In this document: one piece after another, positions 46,041 through 58,000 of the stretch
Numbering within the stretch: position 1 is the stretch's first letter
Layout of the letters: every line of letters starts with the position of its first letter
DNA from: Antechinus flavipes
Lineage: Eukaryota
Direction of reading: 5' to 3'
Length of the DNA stretch: 64,000 nt
Assembly: GCF_016432865.1 (NCBI RefSeq)
Contig: NC_067402.1
Coordinates: forward strand, 1,054,001 to 1,118,000
Made by a program: the position numbers and the translations under genes
Notes under the pieces: generated by a model
What the model was told of the DNA's origin: nothing
Database searches by the model: none
Seen by the model: the letters and a program-made list of their open reading frames with translations, nothing else

Positions 46041-49000
46041 GTAAAGACAGGGAGTGCCCAGGGTTTCCCGGCCCACACGGCCGTCCGGGGGCTGCCGATG
46101 GCCTGGGACCAGTTCTGCATGGGCACTCCCGCCCCATTGGGTTTCTGGCCCCGGGAGCCCCCCAGCCGCAGTGTCTGTCCAGCCGTCTGCTCGAATGCAC
46201 TTAATCACCCCTGTAGCCACACGGCACTGGGGTCTGTCTTTTCTAACTTCCTTGGGAATGAAGGAATCTGACCAGCAGCTCAAGCTTCAGGGACTCTTGC
46301 AGGGCCGTCCTCGGGTCTCCCATAGAGCTCCCTCCAGCCCTGCGTCCTTGGGGGCCCGGTGTCTGCCTGGCCTTGTCCTGGGCATGGGGCCCGCCGTTAC
46401 ACGGGGAGTGGGCTGACTTTGAGCCCGCCACTCAAACAGATTCTTCTTGCTGCCGGAGAGGGGGTCCCTCCAGAACCAAGTCCAGAACCCGCCTCTTCTC
46501 CAGAAGAGCTGCGGCCGTCTGTCTGTCTGTGCCCAGTCTTGCTTGGACTATCTAAGGGGAAGTGAGGCAGCTGTCAGCCTGTCTCAGCCTCCCCCTGAGG
46601 ACAGTTCAGGGGGGATCCCCACAAAAAGGAGAATACAGCTCTCGCATGGGTTGGCAATTCAGAGGCAAGGTTGGGACATACAGGTCCTTTGCAAGCCCAT
46701 CTGTACCAGCAGCACCCCCAGCCTTCTCCTCTCGAGCAGAACTTGGAGGGTTCTGGCTTAGGGCTGGGATGATGACCCTGGCGGAGGGGAGGCTGGGAGG
46801 ATAGACTATGGCAAAGTAACCTTTTTGTTTGTTTTGCCCAAAAAAGAAGAAGAAAGCCCCATTCCCAAGCTCCTGCTCACTGGGGAAGGCTTTGGGGTTT
46901 AGGAGGAAAAGTGAATTTCACAGATTTAGGTGAATGAGAAGAATGGGAGAATGGGCCTGACGCTTGCTCTGCCTCCACTCCAGAGAGCCCCTTAGCCATT
47001 TTTCTTGCACCAGGAAGAAGGACCAATCTGACATTGTGCTACCATTGTTGGGGGGGAACTCCTGTTTGGAGATATCATCCCCCTGATATGTAGCTCAACA
47101 ATCAGCTGTAACTGAGAGCTTGAGAGAATGGTCCAGTAAGCCCCTGTATGTGTCAGAGGGAGCACTTGAACACAGATCTTCATGATCCTGAGGCCGGGCC
47201 TCTCTCCACAGATTGTATATGACGTTCCATAATCAGGCTATACGTGTTATTATTCCCACTTTACAGATAAAGAAACTGAGCCTTGGAGTGGGTATGAGAT
47301 TGCCCAGTGGTCAGACAGTAAGTGGAATTCAAGTTTCCAAGACTGCTCTTCAACTTCCTACGTTAAGCAGCCTCTCTAAGAGTCTAAGATCAGTTCAGCT
47401 CATTGCCTACCTGACTCTGACCCAGAGATGGTGGGCACTGACAGCATCTGGGCTGTGCTCAGAGAGCTTTCATTTGTTGATTTGCTTTCTCCATCAGAAA
47501 CATCTTGGTTGGTCCCTTAACAGCATCCCTGCTCTAAGATGTCCAGAGGCCATTCCGCATCCCCAGGGTGGCCCCGTCAAGTTCCAGACCAGATCCTCTG
47601 AGGCTGGGAGGGACCCTGGGCTCCAAGGTGCCATCTTCAATGCTTGGGTCAGTTTAGATTCTTTCGTCAAGCTCTCTCCTGTAAGTGGGTGTTTGATTTG
47701 GTGAGAAAAAGCAAGTGGCATTTCCCCCTGCCCCTGCCTGAGGAAGGGAACAGTACATTGGTCCAGTGCCCTTAAGAAGGATCTGAGGGAGTTATGGGAC
47801 TCAGGGCTAAAATCGATGGACAGGGAATCGGGAAAGTTTGAGTTCAAATTCTGCCACTGCTACTTCCTAGGGGGTGCAACACTGGATGAGTCACCTTGCC
47901 TCTGTCCATCTCACTGTCCTCATGTGTAAAAAGGAGATTTGTGGTGAGACTCCAATGAGACAATATACATACAGTAGTTTTTTTAGGAGGGAATGGGGAT
48001 AAGGGGAGTTTCCATCCATGGAGAAAGGGCCAGAGCAAAATATCATGCTCATTTTTAAAGTCACAAATGCAGCTCTGGGGTGGAGGGGCAAATGAGAAGA
48101 CTCCCCATGGAGAGACTCATAAAATCCCAGAATCCCAGAGTTGGAAGGGACTGTCAACCAAGACCAGAGCTGAACCTTTCCTCCTCTGGATCCTCACACT
48201 CAGCAAAATGCCAAAAATAGTGACCTAATGGTGTCAAAGGCTAGTCATCTCTGCTTCTATAGTTCCTTTTTTAAAAGTTCCATTTATTTTCAAAAATTTC
48301 ACTTCATGGACATTTTAATGTATGCCCATGCTCCCCTCCCCCTCTACTCCAAAGATCCATCCCTCATAAGAAAGTAAAAAAGCAAAACAAAAAACAAACA
48401 AAAAACCCCTCAGTTCATCAAAACTAAACAACATAATGTATCCAGCAAGTCTGGGATTATCTACAACATTCTATCCTCACTGAATTCTGAAAAGAAAGGG
48501 GGAGGTGACTTCTCTTATCTCTTTTTGAGATTGTTCTGTTGTTTTGCTTTCCATCCATGTTGTTGAAGTCCTGGTATATCTTGTGTTCCTCTTTCTACTT
48601 TCTTTACTTTGCATCTGTTAAGATGTCTTCCTGTTTCTTAGCGTGGAGCACATCCATCAGCAATGCAATCATGCACCATTTTCCCACTCAAAATAGTTTG
48701 CAATTCTTTTTGAAAAGGGCTTGTTTGTATTCTCTAACCATTTATCCAAGGGAGAGTGACATTTGACCTTATACATTTCTGTTGGCTGTCTACATTTTCC
48801 CCAGTCAGTTGTTTTCACCCTTATTCCAGTTGCATTATTTTTGTGTGCAAAAATTTTAAAATTTCATGTAATCAAACCAATCGAATTCATCTTTCATGAC
48901 CATCCATATCCCTTTCTTAATTAAAAGTGCAGCTTTGAAAGGTTCTCTGCTTTTAAAATGATATACCCTTTAATATTCAGTATCTATTCTGAGTATTGTG

Positions 49001-52000
49001 CAACATAGTACAAGATGCCAGTCTAAATTGAATTTCTACCAGGCTTTTCAATTGTTTTCCTTCTTTTAAATGGGGAGTTTATTTTGAGGGAATTTTTGTT
49101 TTAGGGTTTGTTGTATCCTGGGTTGTTGAGGCCAACCATTCCTGCATTTTTCTGTCTATTCTTTATTTTTCAATCAGTTCCAATTTTTTTTAAAATTTAA
49201 TCTTAGTTTTTTTTTTATCTCCATTCTACTTAATCATCCCAAAACTGGAAAAAGAGGGGGGAGAGAAAGGGAAGTAAACCCTTGTGACAAATATTCAAGC
49301 AGAGCAGATTCCTGCATTGGCCACATCCAAAAATTACATGTCTGATTTTTGTAGCACTTCATCTGCCAGACTAACTAATTTTGATGACTATTCGTTTAAA
49401 AGAGGCAGGTAGGTAGTGTAGTGGATAGAGCATTACGCCTGGAATCAGGAGGACTGAGTTCAAATCCAGCCTCAGATGCTTCCTAGCTGTTTGAGCCTGG
49501 GTAAGTCACTTAATCCTGCTTGCCTCAATTTTCTCACCTATTAAATGAGCTGGAAAAGAAAGTGACAAACCCTAAATGGGATCATGAAGATTCCAATAGG
49601 ACTAAAAACAGCTAAACAACAATTCCTTTATGATATAACTTGGGACCTAGAAGGGCTATTTCTTCTTCATTCCTATTTCTCCTACCCCTCCCCCCATTTC
49701 CCCATGCTATTCTAGTTTTTATGTTCCTTTAAATACATGTTATGCTTTTTATTAGTAGCCCTAAAGTCTCCCCTTTGGAGTTTAATTGATATAGTACTAA
49801 AAACATAAATTAATGTAGGTAGTATTATCATTTTGTTATGTTGACGGTACCTAGCCATGTACACTAAATAGTCTTCTAGTCATCAGAGTTCTTTATTTTT
49901 TCTGAGGAGAACTTTATAATAGAATCTGTTCAAATAGTAAATGTGGGTTGGTAGATTGAACGACAAACATTTTATATATTTTGTAGTGATTTTGAATAGG
50001 ACTTCCCTTTCTATTATTCTCTTCAGGATTTTGTTATTGCTGTGTAGAAATTTTTTTAATTGTATATGGGGGGATTATTTTGCATCTTACTACTTTCAAT
50101 TAATTGTTTCAATTAATTCCTATGATTTTCTATGTAAATCATAATGTCATAAGCAAATCCTTTTGTCTGCTATTTGTCTACATTTGTGCCTTTAATTTAT
50201 TTTTCTCATCTAACTGCCATTGCAAGGTCTTCTATCACAGCTTCACAAAATTTGAGAGCTGGAAGGGACACCAGAAGCTATCCAGTCCAACCCATACACA
50301 GAAGAAATCTGCACTATATCATACCCAAGTGATGGATGCTCCGGGGAGGGGAGATCCACTACTTCCCAAGGCAGCCTGTTCCACTTCGGGACAGCTCAAA
50401 TTGTTAAGAAGTTTATTGACATAAAATATCACAGCTTTGGAGTCAGAAATGTTTCAGATCAAATCGTGCCTCAGACTTTTACCAGCTCTTTAATCTTGGA
50501 GAAGTCACTCCATCTTTGTCTCGATTTTCTCATCTGAAAAATAGGGATAATTACAACCTCTGTCCCAGTGTTGTTGTGGTGATTAAAAAAGAGATAGTAT
50601 CTGTAAAATGCTTATTGTTGTGATTGTTGTGGTGGCTGTTGCTCTCATTGTTATTGTTATTGTTATAATTATCATTATTCCTAATACTGCCTTCTTCAGG
50701 GAAGTCCCTCCATTACATGATAGTTTTTTGACTATTTAAACACAGATAACATACCTATTATGTCTCCTCCACTCCCACCCAAAGTTTTCTTATCTCGATG
50801 CCAAGGGCCATTAATGGAACCTCATATGGCATGAACTCAGAGCTCTTCATCATCCTGTTTATCCTCATCTCCAGATGATCAGTGGTGCCCTGAATGGACA
50901 ATATTCCCTATAAGGTCTTGTGGAGGGACAAAACAATAGGACTATCACTGCTCAATTCCCCTAAGCTGTGCTTCTCTTAATGAGAATTAAAATTACATTA
51001 AATCTTTGAAGCCCACTAAATGCTAGAGTTATCAGAGCAACTGTTATCTAATCCATTATCCCTACATTATACTAATGACACTGATTTCTTGTGAATTAGA
51101 TTTAAAATATTTCTTAGAGTTTTGTCAAATGGATATTTCTTAGAATTATGTCAGGGGAAAAGGCATCCTTGCTTTTCTCTGTATTCCGTATTTACTGGAA
51201 ATGTGTCTGGCATTTCAAGCACATAATGCCAAATTTTAGTTTTATTATATTGAAAAACACCTTTCTATGCCTATGATTTGTAAGTAAGTTTTTTTTCATT
51301 TTTATCATAAAGAAGTATATTTTATCAAAGGACTTTTCTGCATCTATTGAAATGATCTTGCGATTTGGGATATTTAAGGTTTTCAATATAAGCATATATG
51401 TTGTTCCAATGAATCTCTCTTGAATCCCTGATATAAATCTGACTTTATCATAGTAAATGATTTTGGAGAATAAATTAATTTCTTTTTTGGACAGAATTTT
51501 TTTTATATCCATATTTATTCATAACATTGGTCTACAGGAGTTCTGTTTTCCTTTATCTTTTCTTGATGTAGGCATTAGTGTTATTAATTATATTGTCTTA
51601 TAAAATCTTCGATCCATTTTTGAAAATAATTTCTGTAGTATACGTATTAGTTGCTCTTTACATTTTAAGCAACTTTGGGCTCTTCCAACCTAAGCTTCAA
51701 GGAGACAGAATCTCCAGCTAGGCATGTGGGTCTGTGCTGGTGTGAGGTTGTGTGTGTGTGTGAGGTTGTGTTTGTGTGTCCGTGGGTGGGTGCACACACA
51801 TTTGAAGAGGTTGGGGTTTCCAAAGAAAAGCTGCAGTGTGTTAGAGGACCCCTCCCTCCCTTCCCTCCTCTCCCCCTCTTTCCCCTCCTTCCTCTTTCTC
51901 CCCTCTTTCCCCTCCCTCCCTTCCCCTTTTCCCTCTCATCTCTTTTTATAACCTCCCACTCCTGGATTTCACCAGTTCCCAGGTTTTAACAACCCTCCTG

Positions 52001-55000
52001 ACTCCAATGACCCTTCAGCCCCAGAATTTCTCCTGAACATTTTTTTTTTAATCACCTACTGCCCACTGGCATTTAGTGTCCTCTGGGCTTCTCAGGTCCA
52101 CTGTCAGACCCAAAGCCAGCTATCCTTCCCATTTCCCTCTCTCTGGTGAGTTCCCCAAGGTCCTCGGGGTCTCCCGGGGTCCAGTCTCTAAACCCTCCTT
52201 GACTCCTGCCGCTCCTTCGTTCTCCAAACCCAACCAGTCCTACTCAGTTTGGCTCATGCAATATAGCATGTGGGCACTAGGCGGCACTGTGGCGGATTGA
52301 GTTTGGAATCTTCATGAGTTCAAATCTGCCCTCAGGCACTCACGAGTTGGTGACCCTGGGCAAGTCACTTACTCTACTTTTGCCTCATTTTCTAGAAAAT
52401 ATGAATCTGTAAAATGAACTAGAGAAGGAAATGGCAAGCCTCTGTAGTATCTTTGCCAGGAAAACCTCATGAAGACTCAGACAGGAGTGGACCATAGCAG
52501 TATGACTTGTACCTCTCTGCCCTCTTCTCTGTATTCACATGGCCACTAGCCTCAGCCCTCATCACTCCCCACCAGGACCGAGACTAATCTCCTATTTGAT
52601 CTCCCACTTCCAGCCTCCTCACTCCAGTCCATCATCCCCTGCCAAACAACCCGTCATTCTCCTAAGTCCCCAAGTCTAGAGCAGTTGTCCTATGAAAAAG
52701 TACAAGCCGCTCTGGGGGGAACTTCCAGCCCTTCATAGCCCGGATCCAGAGGACATTTCCAGACTTCTGGCACATGCTTCCCCTTCATGAATTCTTCTTC
52801 CTGAACACATCCCAACTTCTCCCCATTGCTCCTTGCTCTCAAGGGCAGAATGGAAAAAGGCTATTTCCTCTTCCATGGGACAGATCTCCATAGACTCGAA
52901 TACAGTCTCCCACTCTTTAGTTCATTAATGACCTCTCTTAAAATTGGGTGCCTAAGACCCATTACATTTACAGCTTAAGAATATTTTCCTATAAGTCCAG
53001 GTAGGCAAGAGTGCTTGTTAGTGTTCACTGACAGCTGTTTCAAGCATGTTTTCTGAAATTGGATAGTTTATGATCTCATCTGATATCTTTTTAATTGGAT
53101 GGTTCATATTTTTAGATAAGTTTTTGGGAGTCTCAGTTTTGCTGGCATAGAATTGCTTTCTGATAATTTTCTGTCCTTTGTGATTTTACCTTTTCATATT
53201 TGATTTTCCTTCTGAGGGTCATTTCTAAGAAAAAAAAGGAAGAGGGTATGGTGATACTGGACAGTAGAGCTGAAGGTGGAGGATGAGTCAGTGATGATAC
53301 TAATCTTCCGAGTCTCGTGATGACATCACCAATGGTCAGGAAAACTGGGGAGGCGACCCCGTGTTCAGGATTAGGTGATGAGTTTGGTTTGGGATCTGTT
53401 GGGTGTGAAGCTTCATCAGTGGAGATGTCAGGTGGGCAGGTGAGGATTTTAGATGAGTGAAAACACAGGACTAGAGTTGGCACAGCCCGCTGCCCCCCAG
53501 GCGTCTCCTTTACCTTTGGAGCAGGGCACCTCCATGCCAGCTGCTGTCCTTCCTGAGGGCCCCAGCCCTCAGCCCTGGTCACAGGGCACAGAGTGAGTGG
53601 CCCACCCAGGGCCCTGACCTCAACTCTGTTTTCCAGGCTACTGGCTGCCCAACTACAAGCTGAAGTCATCCTGGGCCACTGGGCTGCATTTATCCGTCCT
53701 CTTTGGTCACACTGAGAGCCTCCTGGTGCTACTGGACCATCACGCCACTATCAACTGTCGCCCCAATGGGAAGACCCCTCTCCACGTGGCTTGTGAGGTG
53801 GCCGACGTCGAGTGCGTCAAGATCCTGTGTGACCACGGGGCAAAGCTCAACGCCTACTCCTTGAGCGGGCACACAGCCTTACACCTGTGCACCACGGAGA
53901 GCGCCATAGCTTGCGCCAAGCAGCTGGTGTGGAGAGGTAAGTCACGGCCGATCCGGATCTCCCGGCAGCACCGTGCTGCATCCTCCGGGGCTCCCGTCTC
54001 CAAACGGGCTCTCGTTGGGACAAAATCATTGGAACCCGTGTGATTAATTCACTCTGCCCTGGGCCCATGGAAATCACTCTTTCCCTAACCCATCACGGAC
54101 AGGTGCCTTTCATAGTCATTGTGACCTAAGGCGGCCTCGGTGTCCCTTAGCTGAGTGGGGCTGGTTCTGGATGGAGTCTGACAGGACTGTCTGTCCGGCT
54201 CAGCCCTTGGAAGGCAGAGAGTCATCGGGGAGAGGGCGCCCCAAAAGGACCTGCTCACGGGCTCTCCTAAACACCCTTTTTGGAGTATGTCAAAGGCAAG
54301 ATGAAGTCAGGTCCTCTCCACACTGTTTCTCCTCATTCAAAACAAACGGGATTTAAATAATAGAATGAGCTAAGAGACAAGAAGGATTTTCCCCTAGATA
54401 TGGATGCATACTCTCACAGGTTGCCATCCCCTCCATAGGAAAGGGGACACGTGCAGGGAATCCATGGGGCAGGGGGCACTCAGTCAGGGAATGCGTGGCC
54501 AGCTGGGCACTTCAGGAGGGATACACTCCTGCCTTCTCTCATACATCGGTGCCAGCCAAATACCGTTGCTGCTGCTCTTCTTTGCCACCATCTGCTGGCC
54601 CGAATATGCCCTCCTCTGCCCGAGGTACCCCTCCTCTGCCCGAGGTACCCCTTCTCTGCCCAAGGAACCCCTTCTCTGCCCGAGGTACCCCTCCTCAGCC
54701 CGAGGTACCCCTTCTCTGCCCGAGGTACCCCTCCTCTGCCCGAGGAACCCCTTCTCTGCCCGAGGTACCCCTCCTCTGCCCGAGGTACCCCTCCTCTGCC
54801 CGAGGTATCCCTTCTCTGCCCGAGGTACCCTTCCTCTGCCCGAGGTACCCCTCCTCTGCCCGAGGTACCCCTTCTCTGCCCGAGGAACCCCTCCTCTGCC
54901 CGAGGTACCCCTCTTCTGCCCGAGGAACCCTCCTCTGCCCGAGGAACCCCTTCTCTGCCCGAGGTACCCCTCCTCTGCCCGAGGTACCCCTTCTCTGCCC

Positions 55001-58000
55001 GAGGTACCCCTTCTCTGCCCGAGGTACCCCTTCTCTCCCCGAGGAACCCCTTCTCTGCCCGAGGTACCCCTCCTCTGTCCGAGGTACCCCTTCTCTCCCC
55101 GAGGAACCCCTTCTCTGCCCGAGGTACCCCTCCTCTGCCCGAGGTACCCCTCCTCTGCCCGAGGTACCCCTCCTCTGCCCGAGGTACCCCTCCTCTGCTC
55201 TGGTAGCCTGTTCATGCCTGTTCTTCCCACTGATGATGTGCGGTTTTGTAGAAGAATAAGAACTGGGTTTGGGAGTTCAGGAGGATTTTTCTGCTACTTC
55301 ACATTTCCCCACCTTAGAGTGCCTGAAATGCCTCTGACCTGAGCTGATCTCGCTTGTTGTCACCCACAGGGGCTTAGGAGCTTTGGTTTAAAAGGTGAAC
55401 CTGCAGGTTGTGTCTGAGCTGAAGGTAGGGGGCGACCCCTTGCAGCCGGAGGGGGGCGGAGAAGGGGTGGGGGATGCCTAGAATATTGAATAGCCAGGAG
55501 GGTTGGGACAATTGATAAGGTGGAGGCATCTGGTTCAGAGTGGTGAATTCTTAAATCTGGGCAGGGGAGTCGGAACTTTGAGGGCAAAACAGAATCTCTG
55601 AAGGGTTTTTTGAGGAGGTTGGGGGGAGGCAATTGGGGTAAAGTGACTTGGTCAATGTCACACAGGTAGTGAGTGTTAGATTTAAGCTGAGACCACACCT
55701 GAACTCAGGTGCTCCGGGTTTCAGGGTTCTATCCCCTGTGCCATCTAGCGCCCCACCAATGAAGATGTTTAAGCAGAGAAGTTACCTGACTTACCTGTCC
55801 TAGTGGCTGACAGACAGATTGGAGGGGGGAAGGAGGAGTCAGGGAGACCTGTGGCTGTAACAGGCTAGGCCTAAAAGGGGCGCCAGGCCTAGAAGGGCCC
55901 CAGCCCTGGGCCGATGGCAGTGGGAAGTGAGGAGAGCCGCGTGGGGTGGAAGAGCTGCTGCAGAAACGGGGTCCGGGAGGCTCCCTATCTGACGGGACCG
56001 AGTGGCCGAGGGAGGTCGAGAGCACCCGGAGGTTTCCCAGCAGGCTCGTGGCCTGCCACAAAGAAGGGGGGCGTAGGGACCGGTGAGGAGCTTGGCGCAG
56101 CACCAAAGAAGTGTCCCGGAGACTGGCGGTGGAGGGGAGACGGCCGGGCTGGAGAGCCGGGCTTGGGAACGCTGCACAGGGGGCACAAAGAGAGGCTGCC
56201 CAAAGGGAGCCCCGTTTAACCGAGGGGGTGATGAAGCAGCGTGGGTAAGGCAAGAAAAGCCCTGGCCCTCACTAGATGCGGGTGAGCAGGAGGGAGCGCT
56301 GCGCATTTAGGGTTAGGGTTAGCGGCCTGGAAAGGCGCCTCGACGCCCAGACCCACGCCCACACCCGGATCCACGGCCACGCCCGCGCCCGGACCCACGC
56401 CCGCGCCCAGACCACGCCCACGCCCGGACCCACGCCCACACCCACGCCCGGACCCACTCCTGCGCCCGGGTGTTTTCTTTCTTGGTTTTATGAGTGTCTG
56501 AAGCCAGGAACGAGCCGCTCAGCGCCCGCTGGGCTCAGGCAGCCCGTCCCTGGGTCCCATAACGTGGGGGCAGCTCGGGGAGCCTTCTCGCTTTCCCCAT
56601 GAGGACCCTGGACAGCAGAGGGTCCCTGGCTGCTATTCTAAAAAGCCATTCACTCAGTGGGGAGACCGGCCTTCCAGCACCAAGGCCAGGGCCAGGCAGC
56701 AGCCGGGGCTGAGGGGAGAGGTCCGGAGCACGGCCGGGCTGGGCCCTCGGGGCCAAAGTGGGCCGAGCCCTCGGGTCCATCCGCCCGCCTCCGCCCTCAG
56801 TGGTGCATTCTCCGCGTGACCAGGAGGTGGCAGTCTTGCCTCAAACTAAGCGGGGCTTCCTGCACGCCCTAAGCACAGGGGACACAAAGTGGCGAAAGCC
56901 AGCGCCTGCCCCACGGGAGCTCCGGGTCTAACGGGAGAGACCGCCGGCCAGCAAGGCCCGTGCCCAGTCACAGACCGGATCCGCGTGGTGGCGGGGCGGG
57001 GATTTCGGAGAGAAGCCCCTGAAGTAAGACTGGGAAAGGTGAAGGGAAGACTAGCTGAGGCCCAAAAGAAGCCTGGTCTCCCTGCCCGGAGGCAGAGGAA
57101 GTGCCATGTCTGGGGAGAATGCTCGGAGCGAGCCTTGTCCTGTGAGCAGGGCGCTGGGCTGGCCGGGCCTTGAACCGTAGCCTTGTGTGGAGGGAGGGCC
57201 AGGGGCTCCTGGAAGGGCAGGGGGGGGGGACTCCTGGAAGGGCAGCGGGGGGGACTCCTGGAAGGGCCAGCATCTGGTGCTAGAGCTTTTACATCCGAAT
57301 GTGGAGGTGATGGGAGCCCCTGGAGCGGACAGAACAGGGAGGGGGGCCACAAGGTCAAAGGGGTCTCTAAGGGCAGTTTGGCGGCTGGCTGAGAGATGGT
57401 CTGCAGTGAGGAGCAGGCGGCTCGTGTGGATCCCACGTACGGACCTCGTGTGTGGCCTGCGTGCATTCAGCACACCTGAGTCTGAGTTCACTGAGTCTGT
57501 GTCCGTGGGGGCTTTGCTGACCTTGTCCGGTCCCGCCTCACTCTTTGTGACCCTGTCTGGGAAGGGGGCCACTTCTTCTCCAGCTCATTTGACAGATGAA
57601 GAAACTGAGGCAGACAGGGTGAAATGACTTGCCCAGTCACACAGGTGGTAGGTGTCTGAGGTCGTATTAGAATTCAAGGAGGCGAATCTTTCTGCCTGCA
57701 GGCCTGCTGCTGAATCTCCAGGCAGAGATGCCTGGATGGGCCTGTCACCCCCAGACCCAGAGTCCTCTCTCCTCTCCCCTTTCCTGATCCTCCTTTTCTC
57801 TCCCCCCCCCCGATCCTCCTCTCTCCCCTCCTGATCCTCCTTTCCCCCCCTCCTGATCCTCCTCTCCCGCCTCCTGATCCTCCTCTCTTCTGTCTCGCTC
57901 TCAGGCGCTAACGTGAACATGAAGACCAACAACGCGGACGAGGAGACGCCGCTGCATGTGGCGGTACGTAGTGGTCTGCCCGAGCTGGCCGCCTTCTACA

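Noticed and set aside
54404-55342. 250-310 aa ORFs in ASB4 intron 2
   Set aside because: Produced by the 20-bp minisatellite.
55730-55760. CTCF-like motif (CGCTAGATGGCAC on minus strand)
   Set aside because: Corresponds to the head of a decayed SINE; no independent support.
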